Shown in pieces: positions 10,736-21,790 of a stretch of 64,000 nt of DNA. The stretch covers positions 1,798,001 to 1,862,000 of the forward strand of contig JANHCV010000007.1 of the NCBI GenBank assembly GCA_025594325.1, in the 5' to 3' direction. Below the pieces are notes generated by a model. That model did no database searches and was not told where the DNA came from. It was given only the letters and a program-made list of their open reading frames with translations. Position 1 is the stretch's first letter. The number at the start of each line of letters is the position of its first letter. A program made the position numbers and the translations under genes. This DNA is from Blastocladiella emersonii ATCC 22665 (lineage: Eukaryota > Fungi > Blastocladiomycota).

Positions 10736-12631
10736 TCAAGGGGGGGTCCGGAATGGCACAACGTGTAAATTGGAGGAAATCAGACAAAACGGCACAGACA
10801 ACAGCGAGCTCGAAACCTTGAACGACTTGAGTGTGGGGAGCGACGCCAGACTCGCGCGCACCGACTCGCCCACGCTCTGCGCCTCAACCTCGACCACCTC
10901 GAGATTTGGCCACAGCTTGCCCGGGACCGCCTCGAGAGACCCACGGACCGTCAGCTTGCGCAGGTTGGGGAGCGCGGTCCGGCCCAGAACCTGGCACAGA
11001 GACGCTGTCGCGTCCAACTCGCGCAAGCACGGAAACCTGACGGCGTCCGCGCCAGCGAAGCCCGTGCGCACACTCACGGTCGGAAGCATAAGCCGCTCGA
11101 GCTTGGAGGACTTCCGCGATAAATGCGCGAGGTCCAGGGGCATGAGCGCGGCTTGCGCGCGGTGCCCGCGATACTCGGGGAGCACGTGCAGCTCGCGAAG
11201 CGTCGGGAACGCGGGCCAGTCGCGCAAGTTGAGGTGCGGGGCCTCACCCGTGTACTGGTTTCGCGCTGCGGTGCAGTCGTCAATGATGGTGAGTGTTTCG
11301 AGGACGGGGAAGGAGGTCCCGGTAACAAGAATGTCCGACTGCAGCGCGCGCATGCGCGAGATGATCGAGAATGTGAGCTCGAGGTGACGCAGGCTCGGCA
11401 TCAAGACCGAAGTCGCGGGCAGGATCCCGGCCGAGGACTTGGGCGGGCCGATGAGCGCCAGCCGCTCGAGGTGCGGGTGCGTAAATGTAAGGTTAAGCGA
11501 GTCGAACCGAATAAAGCGGCTGCGCAGGGTTAGCGAGCGCAAGCGACGGAAGGCGCGGTGCCGCGGAACCCCACTAAAGAGCCGGTACTCCAATCCGGGA
11601 GTGTTGGCGTCGCTGTCGCTACCAACCAAGTCGTCGGCGCTGGCATCACTGGTCCGCTCCCCCATCCCGTAAGGCGGGTACGAGTTGCCAACGAGGTGGT
11701 CGAGCCCGAGCTCGCGCATGCGCTTAATCTGGCGCTTGCTGAGAACCAGCGAATTGATCGCGGGCATGCCGAAATCGAGCGTGTCCTGCTCGTAGTCAAA
11801 GTCGCGGACACCTAGCGGTACGAAGGTGATCCCCTTCGGACAGCGTTTTCCGGCAAAGCAGTACGTCGAGGTCATTGGGAAACGGCGCGCGAGCTTGGAT
11901 GCGAGTTGAAGCGCACTCTTGGACATGGAGCGGACTTCGAGCTTGCGAATGGAGTTCGGGTCGAGTTCCGCAAGGAAGGGGAGACGGCTCCACTTGCGGC
12001 CGCCGACGGTCTCGCGGAGGTCAAAGCTCTCGTCGTTGTAGTCGATGATGGAGAGCGCCGATACGAGCGAGAGCGGGAACGGGATGAGAACGAGACCGCC
12101 CGTGATCTCGATTGCGGCGCTAAGCTTAGCGTGAGCGGGTTCTTCGACAAAGGTTGACCAGAGCGATGCGAGACCGAATCGGACGCGCTCGAGCGAGCCG
12201 CCGCCGTCGGCTGCAGCTGAGACCAGGAAAAGCTTGCCGCCGCGGACTACCAGCGGGTACAGCTCTGGGACCTCGGAGACACCTCGAACGTGAGCGAGGG
12301 TGGGAGAACTGCTGGAATCGGTGACGGTGCGCAAGTTGGAGAGCGGGTGCACGCCGACGGTACGGTCCCAGGCGGGCAACGTGTTCTTCGTGGCGTCGGC
12401 GCGAAACCCGAGGACCAGCTCGCGGATCAAGTACGGTCGGGTGACTGCATACGTCGTGCGGCACAAGTTACCGAGGTGAAGCAGGTCCCAGCGCCACGGG
12501 TCGGCCGGGTCGCTTGACGCTCGGTCGAAGACGTGGCCGACGACGAGCTCCCACAGTTCGGCGGGCAGGTCGCGAGCGGGAGCGTCCGACGGCTCCGTTG
12601 CATCAAGTTTCATGCGTTCAAATTGCTCCAT
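10736..12631 (-). CDS. F-box-like / RNI-like LRR protein, paralog A (intact, intronless)
   Basis: N-terminal LPAELWELVV...DLLHLGNLCRTTYAVTRPYLIREL has the F-box pattern. The C-terminus has repeated LxxLxL strands (LRSLTL, LERLAL, LRHLEL, LRELHV, LRELD, LRKLTV). Confidence 0.75.
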   Translation of the reverse strand: MEQFERMKLDATEPSDAPARDLPAELWELVVGHVFDRASSDPADPWRWDLLHLGNLCRTTYAVTRPYLIRELVLGFRADATKNTLPAWDRTVGVHPLSNLRTVTDSSSSPTLAHVRGVSEVPELYPLVVRGGKLFLVSAAADGGGSLERVRFGLASLWSTFVEEPAHAKLSAAIEITGGLVLIPFPLSLVSALSIIDYNDESFDLRETVGGRKWSRLPFLAELDPNSIRKLEVRSMSKSALQLASKLARRFPMTSTYCFAGKRCPKGITFVPLGVRDFDYEQDTLDFGMPAINSLVLSKRQIKRMRELGLDHLVGNSYPPYGMGERTSDASADDLVGSDSDANTPGLEYRLFSGVPRHRAFRRLRSLTLRSRFIRFDSLNLTFTHPHLERLALIGPPKSSAGILPATSVLMPSLRHLELTFSIISRMRALQSDILVTGTSFPVLETLTIIDDCTAARNQYTGEAPHLNLRDWPAFPTLRELHVLPEYRGHRAQAALMPLDLAHLSRKSSKLERLMLPTVSVRTGFAGADAVRFPCLRELDATASLCQVLGRTALPNLRKLTVRGSLEAVPGKLWPNLEVVEVEAQSVGESVRASLASLPTLKSFKVSSSLLSVPFCLISSNLHVVPFRTPP

Positions 12632-12819
12632 GGTGGTGTGGATTGATAGTCAGGGGAGGGCGCGTTGCGTGCGAATGCTGCACGGCCTCAACGCGACGCG
12701 TCGACCAAGACACCACGCGCGCTGCACGGACTCGCAACATGGAGAAGAATCCCCACGGGCGAAAGAGGCAAATTAAAAGGAAACATGTTCAAAAAAATGT
12801 AAGGTTGAAGTGACAATAA

Positions 12820-14716
12820 TCACAGAGTGGCCGCCACCGTGAAACAAATGAGGCCTGGGAGGGACGCGATCTGCTCGCGAACCTCATCGCTCACGCCGTC
12901 AGCCTCGACCTTGACTATCTCGAGACTCGGCCACAGATCGACAGGGATCTTCTCGACCGATCCGCGAACAGTCAGCTTGCGCAGCTTGGTGAGGGTACTG
13001 CCGCTCAGATCGCGGCAAACAGACGCCGTCGCATCCAGCTCGCGCAAGCATGGGAAGCGAAGATTGGTGACGCTCATTCGCGAGTGGACGGCCGGAAGAA
13101 CGAGCCGCTCGAGCTTGGGCGAGTTCTGAGACAGGCGCATGAAATCCCGATCGTGGCAAAATGCGCGGGCGCGGCGCCCACGGTACTCGGCCAGCACCCG
13201 CAACTCGCGGAGCGACGGAAACGCGGGCCAGTTGCGGAAGTCAAGGCTTGACGCGATGGTCGTGTAACGCTGTTGGAATGCGTCGAAGTCGAGCTGCGCG
13301 CGCGCGTCAGCCGGCGACATGGTCATGGCGGGGGTCTCGGACAAATCGTTAACGATGACAAGCGTTTCAAGAGTAGGAAAGGAGGCCGACGAAATCACGA
13401 AGGCAAACTGCCGCTCGTGCATATTATCAAGACTCGAGACAGTGAGCTCGAGGTACCGCAGCGCTGGCATGAAGACTAATGTCCAGCGAACAAACCCGGT
13501 CGTCGATTCCGCCGCAGGGAACCCAACGAGTGTAAGACGCTCGAGGTGCGGATGGGTGAACACGATATGGAGATGGTTGAAGCGGATCGAGTGCCCACGG
13601 AGCGCGAGTGATTGGAGGCGTCGGTAGGCGCGATGCCGCGGCGTCCGCTGGACAAAACGTTGCCGTTTGGTCTCGGAATCATCGTCGCTGTCGCTGCCTG
13701 CAAACTCGTCTTCGCTGTCGTCGCTGCTCCGCTCCGTGACCGCAAACGGACGGCGGTACGTGTCTCCGACGAGGTCGCCGAGCCCGAGGTCATTCATGCG
13801 CTCGATTTGGTACTTGGTGAGAAGAAGGGCATTGTAGGTGGGGATGGTATGCTCGAGTCCCCCAAGCTCGCAGTCAAATTCGCGGACGCCGAGCGGCACT
13901 ACACCGGCCCACCTCGTAGCGCGCGTGCTGGCAAAGTGGTAGATGGTAGCCATTGGAAAGCGGCGAGAGAGGTGGGAAGCGAGCTGGAGGGCACTCTTGG
14001 ACTCGGAGCGAACCTCGAGGTTGCGAATGTGGGCTGGATCGAGTGCAGCAAGAAAGGAGAGTCGCTTCCAGCGGCGTCCGCCGACGATGTTGCGGAGGTC
14101 AAAGTTCTCGTCATTATGGTCAATGATGGTGAGCGCCGAGACGAGCGGCAGCGGGAACGGCGTGAGAAGAAGACTGCCCGCAAGATCGCATTCTGCGCAA
14201 AGCTTCGCGAGCGTAGCTTTGTTAAAAAAAGGACGACCACAGCGACGCGAGGCCTGCTTGGACGCGCTCGAGCGAGTCAGCGGCGGTTGCACGATAAGCG
14301 AAATAGAGTCGGCCACCGCGAAGAACGAGCGGGTACAGCTCGGGGATCTCGGAAAGCTCGCTGACGTACTTGAAGAGAATTGAGCTGTTTGATTCGGCAA
14401 CGACGCGCAGATTCGCGAGCGGTTGCGCGTCGGCCGTCCGATCCCACGCTGGAAGCTGGTGTTTCGTGACGTCGGCACGGAACCCGAGGATCAGCTCGCA
14501 AAACAAGTGAGGGCGAGTGACTGCGTAGGCCGTTCGGCACAGATTGCCGAGGTGCAGCAAGTCCCAGCGCCACGGGTCGCCCGACTCGATCGACGCAGCG
14601 TGGCCGCGTTCCACGACGTGTTGAACAACGTGTTCCCAAACCTCGGCGGGTACATGTTGATGGTAGGCTGCTGCAGGTGCTTTTGCATCAAGTTCCATGT
14701 TCTCTGGTCGCTCCAT
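12820..14716 (-). pseudogene. F-box-like/LRR paralog B, frameshifted at a T7 homopolymer (14224-14230)
   Basis: ORF 14222-14716 ends SLWSSFF*. ORF 12820-14478 resumes NKATLAKLC in another frame. Paralog C reads SLWSSFIDKAAL contiguously. A sequencing error is possible. Confidence 0.7.
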
Positions 14717-14899
14717 GGTAGTGTGAGTTGACTAGCGAGGGAGAGCGGGCGGGGCGGGCGCGCCTTGCGACGACAAGAGCGACGCGTGGCCGCGACTCGC
14801 CCCGTGCTCACAAAGGCGCCGTGGGAGTTTTCGCTCGTCCACGGCAAGTTGACTATTAACAAGTATCACCCAGCGAGTTGAGAACAAGAGAAACAGATG

Positions 14900-16524
14900 A
14901 ATTACTGGGTATCAAATCACACCGGGTATACACCAACGATCAAACTACGCCAGGACGGCCGCCGGCCGGACCACGGCGGCGCACTGGCGCTTGATGGCGC
15001 CCCACCGCGATGGTGACGACGACGACGACTTGGCCTTGGAGACCGGGCACTCGGTGCCAACGAGCGTGCGGTCCGAGCCAAAGTCGACGACCTTCTTGCT
15101 GGCGGCGAGCGGCATGGGCGCAGTCGCCGAGCTGCTGCTGCTGCTGCTGCGCTTGGTGTGGTAGCGGATCCAGCGCTTGGCCTGGGTCAGGAGCTCGCGG
15201 CACTTGCTCGGCTTGAGCGACGCGAGCGGGACCGACTCGATGCGCAGAACCGGGATGGGCTCTTCCTCGTCGTCGTCGTCGTACTGGACGGTCGATGAGG
15301 CGGCCTTGGGCTGTTGCTGAGGAACGACGAAGGCGACGGCGGGCGACGCGGACCGCTCCCGCGGCTGCTGCTGCCACGACGGCTGAACAGGAGCGGCCAC
15401 GACCACGGCCGGCGCCGGCTTGGCAAAGACGGGACCCGACTCGAGCAGCTCGGGCTGCCACCACGGCTGCCGCTTCGGGAAGATCGACTGGGTCGGGTAC
15501 TCGAGTTCCGGGCCCTCGTAGTACGACCGGACGAACACACGCTGAGGCGCGGCGACATGCCACTCGGGCGCCTCGGGCTGCTGCCACGGCTGCTGCGTGT
15601 GCTGTTCCTGGTCGACCTTGGCCTGGAAACCCGACTCGAACAGCTGCGCCGGCTGCTGCTGCCACTGCGGCTGGTACTGCCGCTGCTGCTGCTGCTGGGT
15701 CGGGAAGATGGACTGTGTCGGGTACTCGAACGCGGGGCACCAGTACGGGTCGTAGTCGAGCTCGAACTGCACATGCTGAGGCGCGGCGACGTGCCACTCG
15801 CGCGCCTCGGGCTGCTGCCACGGCTGCCACTGCATGTGCTGCTGCTGGTTGACCACGGCCTGCTGGGCGGCGGCGGCGGCGGCGGCGCGCTCGCGGGCCT
15901 CCTGCTCGGCGAACCACGCGCGAATCTGGCGCGTCGCCTCGGCGGTCTCGGCGGCCGTGTACACGGGGCAGTCGGCGCCGAACAGCTCGTCGTGGTGTGC
16001 CGCAATGTACTCGGCCAGCGTCGAGTACTCGGCGGCGGCGGCCTTGGGCGCGGCGTCGGAGCCCCGCTGCTGCTGCGTCGACGCACCCGTGGTGGTGTGC
16101 CACGGGGCGTGGGCCTCGGCGAGAGCGTCAAACTGCTTGGTGAGCGTGCTGACCGAGGCGAGGGCGTTGAGTCCACCGAGGACGGCTCATCCGCCGCCGC
16201 CGCCGAGGAGGAGGGGCGGCAGAGAGCGGCGTGGTGGTGCGCACCCGCCATCGCCGCCGACATCCCAGCGGTGTGCGTGAGGGGAGCAGCAGCGGCGACG
16301 GGGGACACGCGAGTCGAGACGATGATGGACTGCATGGTGGAAATGCTTTTGCTTCGTCTCGAGATTACTTGAGGTGATGAGCGAGAGAGGAGGGGGAGCG
16401 GGGTCAGCGGCCGCCTTTTGTAGCGGTCGGGCGAGGTTCGGACTGCACCCACCGTGGGTCGCGAGGTTATGACTGCACTCACCCGAGTCCCGTGGAAGCC
16501 CATTTGGTCACGATGCACTGAACG
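14900..16524 (-). repeat. 1625-bp inverted duplication, left copy (partner 40564-42188)
   Basis: The reverse complement matches 40564-42188 from CGTTCAGTGCATC to CCCAGTAATT. Only two substitutions are visible in the six-frame translations. Confidence 0.95.
14945..16335 (-). CDS. Orphan Gln/Trp/Pro-rich protein, copy 1 (main ORF 14945-15964 plus upstream open frame; 5' exon structure uncertain)
   Basis: The 339-aa ORF has an internal two-fold repeat (PWQQPEA.EWHVAAPQ...EYPTQSIFP). ATG MQSII at 16335 is in a different frame and may be joined by a GTGCGC...GAG intron. Confidence 0.6.
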
Positions 16525-16651
16525 ACACGTAATTACGAACAAGGAGCCAGGTAGACAATAATTGATGCGTGGTTTTATGATGGGACAGATGTGGGGGATT
16601 GATGGACAGCTTCCGACCGGCGACGCGGTCGCGATCACACTAACGCAAAAA

Positions 16652-17536
16652 CTACTCCTCGGAGGTCTTGACGAGCGCCGGGCGGCCCTCCTGCTCGGCC
16701 GCGACCTGCTTGGCGATGCTAGCGTTGGCGAGGCTGGCCGTGATCGGGACCGTGGTCGAGGACTTGGGGTACTTGAGGGCCTCGGCCGCGTCCTTGGCGT
16801 GCTCGAGGTCGCGCAGGTGCTCGGCGTCGGCGGCCGACGTCGACTCCATGGCGCGGGCGGCGCGCATGTCGGGGGTGGCGAGGTTGCGCACCTCGATGCG
16901 GGCCGAGGGGACCGCGGCCCCCGACACGGCCGACACGGCGAGGTCGAACAGGACGCGCGGCGACGAGCTGTCGAGGTGCGCGTACGACGCCGACAGGGCG
17001 CGGACCGTGAGCACGGCCACGCGCGGGTCGGTGACGGGGTCCTTGGCCGCGTCCATGCCGGGGAACCACGGCGCGCAGTCGGACGTCCATGCCTCGTCGA
17101 TGAGGCGCTTGAAGTCGGCCACATCGTCGGGGTTGGCGGCAGCGCCCGTGCCCGTCGGGTCGGCGAGCGTGCGCACCGTGGCGAGCCCCGACACGCTGAC
17201 CCACTCGCCGGTGCGGTCGCGGTAGAAGGCCGCCGACACGTGCGGGTCGGCGCGCAGCTCCTCGATCTTGTGCGTGTCGGCCGACGTGATCATGCACAGG
17301 TCGACGCCGCGCAGCCGCTGCTGCACCTTCATGGCCCGCGACACGAGCCGCCCGTCGGGCCGCCGCGTCGTCAGCATGCACACGTGGATGCCGTCGATCA
17401 GCTTGTACAGCGACTCGAGCCGCTCCGTCACCGTCGTCGGCTCGGGCTGCGGCGCCGTCTGCGTGTCGGCCGCGGGGACGGCGAGCCCGCCCTGCTGCTG
17501 CTTGGTGTCCGAGGCCGGCGACGAGAAGTGGAACAT
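16652..17536 (-). CDS. Pyridoxamine 5'-phosphate oxidase-like FMN-binding split-barrel protein (BLI-3 / general stress protein 26 family)
   Basis: LIDGIHVCMLTTRRPDGRLVSRAM, LRADPHVSAAF, GEWVSVSGLATV and DPRVAVLTV match the family pattern. TATAAA lies about 95 nt upstream. Confidence 0.8.
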   Translation of the reverse strand: MFHFSSPASDTKQQQGGLAVPAADTQTAPQPEPTTVTERLESLYKLIDGIHVCMLTTRRPDGRLVSRAMKVQQRLRGVDLCMITSADTHKIEELRADPHVSAAFYRDRTGEWVSVSGLATVRTLADPTGTGAAANPDDVADFKRLIDEAWTSDCAPWFPGMDAAKDPVTDPRVAVLTVRALSASYAHLDSSSPRVLFDLAVSAVSGAAVPSARIEVRNLATPDMRAARAMESTSAADAEHLRDLEHAKDAAEALKYPKSSTTVPITASLANASIAKQVAAEQEGRPALVKTSEE

Positions 17537-18075
17537 GGTGGTGGTGGTGGTCGGTGGTGGTTGATGCGTAGCGATGATGCGTACGGTGAGCAGGAGAGCG
17601 GGGGGGGGGTCGCGGGGCGGCGGGCGCTCTTTATACCGCGGTCTCATCCCTTCCCTTCAGTCGCGGCGGCCATGGCAGCAGCCGAGGTGTTCGCGCGGGT
17701 GTGTTTCGGCCGCATGCCCCGCGCACCGTTCGGGCAAGTGAGCGCCCGGTGGCCGGCGGGTGGCCGAGACCGCGCGTTCGCGCAACGCGTCGCTCAGCAG
17801 AACGAACGCGTTGCGCCCTTGGGCGGTTTCGCCTGCCACGCGTGTCACGGCGCGTCGCCGCCTCCGCCGCTGATCGTCGCGGCGCACGTCCATCCTCCAC
17901 TGCCCCACCCACCGCCGACGACCCAAACGGTCACACAACCTGCTGCAACCCATGTATGCTTGAACCATGAGCCGCTCGCCCGCGACCGGCGCCCTGATCC
18001 GTGTCCGCCCGCTGCCCGCCGAGTCTAGCGCTCGCTGCCGCCGCGACCCGAACCAAGCCCAACACCCCCACCGCC

Positions 18076-18201
18076 ATGATCTCGCTCGACTTCATCACCG
18101 ACGACCAGCTGTCGCTGCTGGCCAACTCGTTCGGCGCGCTCTTCTTCATCCTGGCCATCGGGTACACCATGGCGTTCGAGGGCACCAACGCGCGCGAGTG
18201 A
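18076..18201 (+). CDS. OST4: Oligosaccharyltransferase subunit 4 (41-aa single-TM microprotein)
   Basis: ITDDQLSLLANSFGALFFILAIGY aligns with the OST4 pattern MITDxQLAxxANxLGxxxxxLxxxY. Confidence 0.8.
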   Translation: MISLDFITDDQLSLLANSFGALFFILAIGYTMAFEGTNARE

Positions 18202-18268
18202 CCGCGCCCCACCCTTCCCGTACAGATTCTTCGATAAATATCCCCATGTGTATCCCACCCCACCACCG

Positions 18269-20622
18269 CTACACGGGCGGCGCCCCGAGATGCATCTGCA
18301 GCTGCTCCACGAAATCCGTCACGTCGTCCTTGACGACCCAGATGACGGTCGGGTCGAACGCGTCGTGCGAGTGCCGCGCCTGCGTGGCCGCCGCGGCTTC
18401 CTGGAACGCGAGCCCGACGCGGTTGCGCCGCACGAGCCCTTCCTCGGACGCGCCGACGTGCCCGACCAGGAGGTACATGTCCTCTTCCTCCTCCTCGGCC
18501 TGCTCGCCGTCCGTCGCCGCCGAGGAAACGACGGCCGCGGGCTGGAGCACGCCTACGATGAGCGGGAGGTCCGCGCGGCCAATTTCGCGAAGTGCAGCGA
18601 ACAGGACGAGCGCGAGCTCGCGGACGCCGTTGGGCGTGCGCAGGGCGCCGGCCGCGTCGCCGACGTCGCGCACGAGCGCGTACCGCAGCCCGCGCAGCGT
18701 GCGGATCGCGTGCCGCGAGATGAGGGTGCCGACGACCGACATGATGGACGTGGTGAGGAGCTTGGCCGTCTCGATCCCCGCCGCGACGCGGCGGTCGTCG
18801 TTGAGCGCGTCGAGCATCGCGTAGAAGGCGTCGGGCCGCGCGCCGATCGCCGCGGTCCCGGACACGACCGTGCTGCCGAGCGTGAGCGCCTCGAGGTCCA
18901 CAATCGACCCGCCCGTCGTCGCGTGGTGGACGAGCGCGGCCGGCGCGTTCGGGTGCACCGCGAGCGCCCACAGCGCCGCCACCATGTCGGCCGCGGCGAC
19001 CACTGTCCCGACAGCCGTGGTACGCACAAACGTGGTCCACTCGAGCCGGTCGAGCCCGACGAGCGGCGCCTGCGCGACAAACTCGCCCTGCAGCGTCTCC
19101 TTGACCGTCGAGTCCATGTGCGCAAACGGCTTGGTGTACTGGTCGACGGCGACCCCGAGCTTGGCAAACAGGAATCGCAGCCGCGACTTGCCCGCATCCG
19201 TCCACGCCGACAGCCGTGTCGCGGGCCCGCGCGCCGACCGCAGCGCGTCGTACAGCGTCCAGTGCCGGTACAGCGGCAGCCGCCAGTCGCGCGTGCGCGC
19301 CACGGTGCCAGGCCCCGCAATCGACGCCGCGCCGTTGGCGGCCGTCCCGCCCGCGACCGCCGCGGCGGCGGCCGACGCCGTGGTCGACGACAGCCGCTGC
19401 AGGTGCGCGTCGAGGTCCTCGACCTGCGCGAGGTACCGCGACTCGGCGATCTCCTCGAGCTGGTACTGGGACGTGATCCCGACCGACGCGAGCCACGCCG
19501 CGGTCACGGTGGCGCGGCCCAACTGGTTGATGAGGTGGAACATGGCGAGCGCCGCCGCGGTGCCCGTCCACGTGCCCTGCGACTGGTACGCAAACAGCGT
19601 CGCCTCGGACCGCCGCCGCTTGAGCCGCCGCTCGCGCCGCACGTCCTGCGGCCGGCGTTTCCGTTTCGCGGGCCGCCCCGTGCCGGCGAGGTCGCCGGTC
19701 GATCGTGGTGGCGGCGTGGGGACGGGACCCGACTCGTCATCGTCATCGACGTCGCTGTCCTCGCCTATGAGGGCGAAGCGGGAGCGCTTGGCCTTGGGCC
19801 CGCCGGCAAACGAGCCCGCGTTCTCCTTTTCCTCCTGGTACGGCGGCGGCTCGGAGATGCGGCTCTCGGCGTCCGAGTCGTCCTCGTCGCCGGTGCCGGT
19901 GCCCGAGCGGCGACTGCTGCGCGGCGCGGACGACGATGAGGAAAAAGGCGGTGGTGGCGGGTCGTCGATGGCGAGTTCTTCTTCTTCCTCGTCAGCGCCG
20001 CCGTCTTCAAGAGCGCGTTCGCTCTCGACTTCTTCCTCCTCGTCATCGAGATCATCATCCTCGTCGTCGTCCTCGTCCTCGTCGTCGAACCCGACGTCAC
20101 CAAACGCCATGGCCTCGTACGCGGCGCGCTCCTCGGCCAGCTCGCGGTCAATGTGGCCGTCGTCGAGGACGGTGACGAGCTCGTTGCCGAACACGTTGTC
20201 GAGGTTGAGCGGGCGGCGCGACTCGACGACGTAGACGCGCTGGTCGGGGCGCAGGTCCGGGAACATGTCGGCGACGGCGACGATGCCGCCGCAGTTGACA
20301 AGGATCACGCTGCGGACCTCGGACCCGGCGCGCGCGATCAGCTCGGCGCCCACGTCCAGCAGCTCCGAGTAGGTTGCCACGGGGACGACTTTGTGCGCGA
20401 TCCAGTCGTGGCGGAACTGGGACTACGTTGTCGACAACATGGTGAGTGGATCGGCAGGCAGGCAGGGAGGACAAGCAGACGTACGACGAGCAGCCGGCAC
20501 GCACACACGGCGTCGACGTCGGGCGCGACCAGGACGAGGACCGTCTCGGCGCCGTGGGCGCGCTGCGCATCCTCCTTTATCCGCTCGTACGCCTCGTCGT
20601 AGCGCTCGAGCGGGAGATACAT
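18269..20622 (-). CDS. CDC45: DNA replication initiation factor CDC45, 2 exons
   Basis: VLVLVAPDVDAVCACRLL / QFRHDWIAHKVVPV / VILVNCGG / VYVVESRRPLNLDNVF / LPLYRHWTLYDAL / LFAKLGV, with an acidic insertion and a basic NLS. Confidence 0.95.
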
Positions 20623-20945
20623 GGCAAGTTTGCGTGGGCTGCGTGTCTAGTCAGGATTGCATGTGGTCGGGGCGGCCGCGGAGACGGTCGGAGACGAGGT
20701 GGGAGGAGCGAGACGCGTCGAGTCAAAGTGCACTCGACCGTGGCGTGCCACTCCTGTCAGGATTCCAGTGAGCGCCACGGGACCGCGGAGCGCCCCTAGC
20801 AACGGCGTTTCAGCCTGTTTTCCTGCCTCTGCCGCGGCCGCCGCTACTTGAGGTCGACTTGCACTCGCGCTCCCGACTTGCTCTCCCTTCCCTGCCACGT
20901 CTCTTCGAGTTTCTGCAGCCGTCAAGCACCCCCTACCTCGTCACC

Positions 20946-21640
20946 ATGTCGGCCATCACCAAGAAGACCAAGAAGTCCTCGGACAACATCAACTCGCACC
21001 TCGCGCTGGTGATGAAGTCGGGCAAGTACTCGCTCGGCTTCAAGTCGACGCTCAAGGCCATCCGCAACGGCAAGGCCAAGCTCGTCATCCTCTCGGCCAA
21101 CTGCCCCCCGCTCCGCAAGTCCGAGATCGAGTACTACGCCATGCTCTCCAAGACCTTTGTCCACCACTACTCGGGCAGTACGTAGCTCTCTTTTCTGGGA
21201 TGCGATCGCCTCGTGCGCCCGCCCGCCCGCCCGCGACCGCTCTTTCCGTGCTCGATCTCTGGACTTTTTTCCCTTTCCCCCGCTCGAAGACGATGGTGCC
21301 CCGCCGTGTTGATGAGTTACCCGAGGTGTCGAAGTGGTCCGTGGTTCCCCGCGAGCCACGGCCACTGCAGTCGCCCCCGTTCTCCAGTCCGGACCCCTCG
21401 CCGTGCCCGCCCGGCGGCGAGTGGGAGAGATGGAAGGGAGTCGCGTGCGTGCGTGCGTGCGATCAAGGGCTTGCGCTTGCATCGCCGCACCATGACACCA
21501 GAGACGGTCCCCTCACCCTTAATTCGCCCGTACCCGCAGACAACATCGAGCTCGGCACCGCTTGCGGTAAGCTCTTCCGCGTCGGCGTCCTCGCCATCAC
21601 CGACGCCGGTGACTCGGACATCATCAACCAGCAGGCCTAA
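20946..21640 (+). CDS. RPL30: 60S ribosomal protein L30 (eL30); intron 21178-21539
   Basis: [54 protein letters not shown]...HHYSG|[29 protein letters not shown]. Confidence 0.98.
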
Positions 21641-21790
21641 GCGGGCGCCTCTCGTCGGTGCTCTGTGTGTGATCGGTTAGTGTAATAAATCCTCGACCGG
21701 TTACCTCTCCATCCATCCCGTCTCTGAGCGTTCCTGAGCGTCCTGTCCGACTCGTCTGAGTGTAAGTTGCTACTTTATTCCTGCCCTCGG

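Noticed and set aside
15187-17124. 645-aa minus-strand ORF crossing the inverted-repeat boundary
   Set aside because: It is an alternative-frame read-through of the BLI-3-like gene, intergenic DNA and the orphan gene. The right-hand copy has a different 5' end, so it is not a conserved gene.
20713-20718. MCB element (ACGCGT) about 90 nt upstream of CDC45
   Set aside because: It is biologically plausible, but the hexamer is frequent in this CG-rich DNA and a single site is not distinguishable from background.
21309-21539. Box C/D or H/ACA snoRNA call in the RPL30 intron
   Set aside because: A C-box-like TGATGA is present but there is no CTGA D box, and there is no ANANNA hinge between the two hairpins. 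It is kept only as a structured-intron finding.
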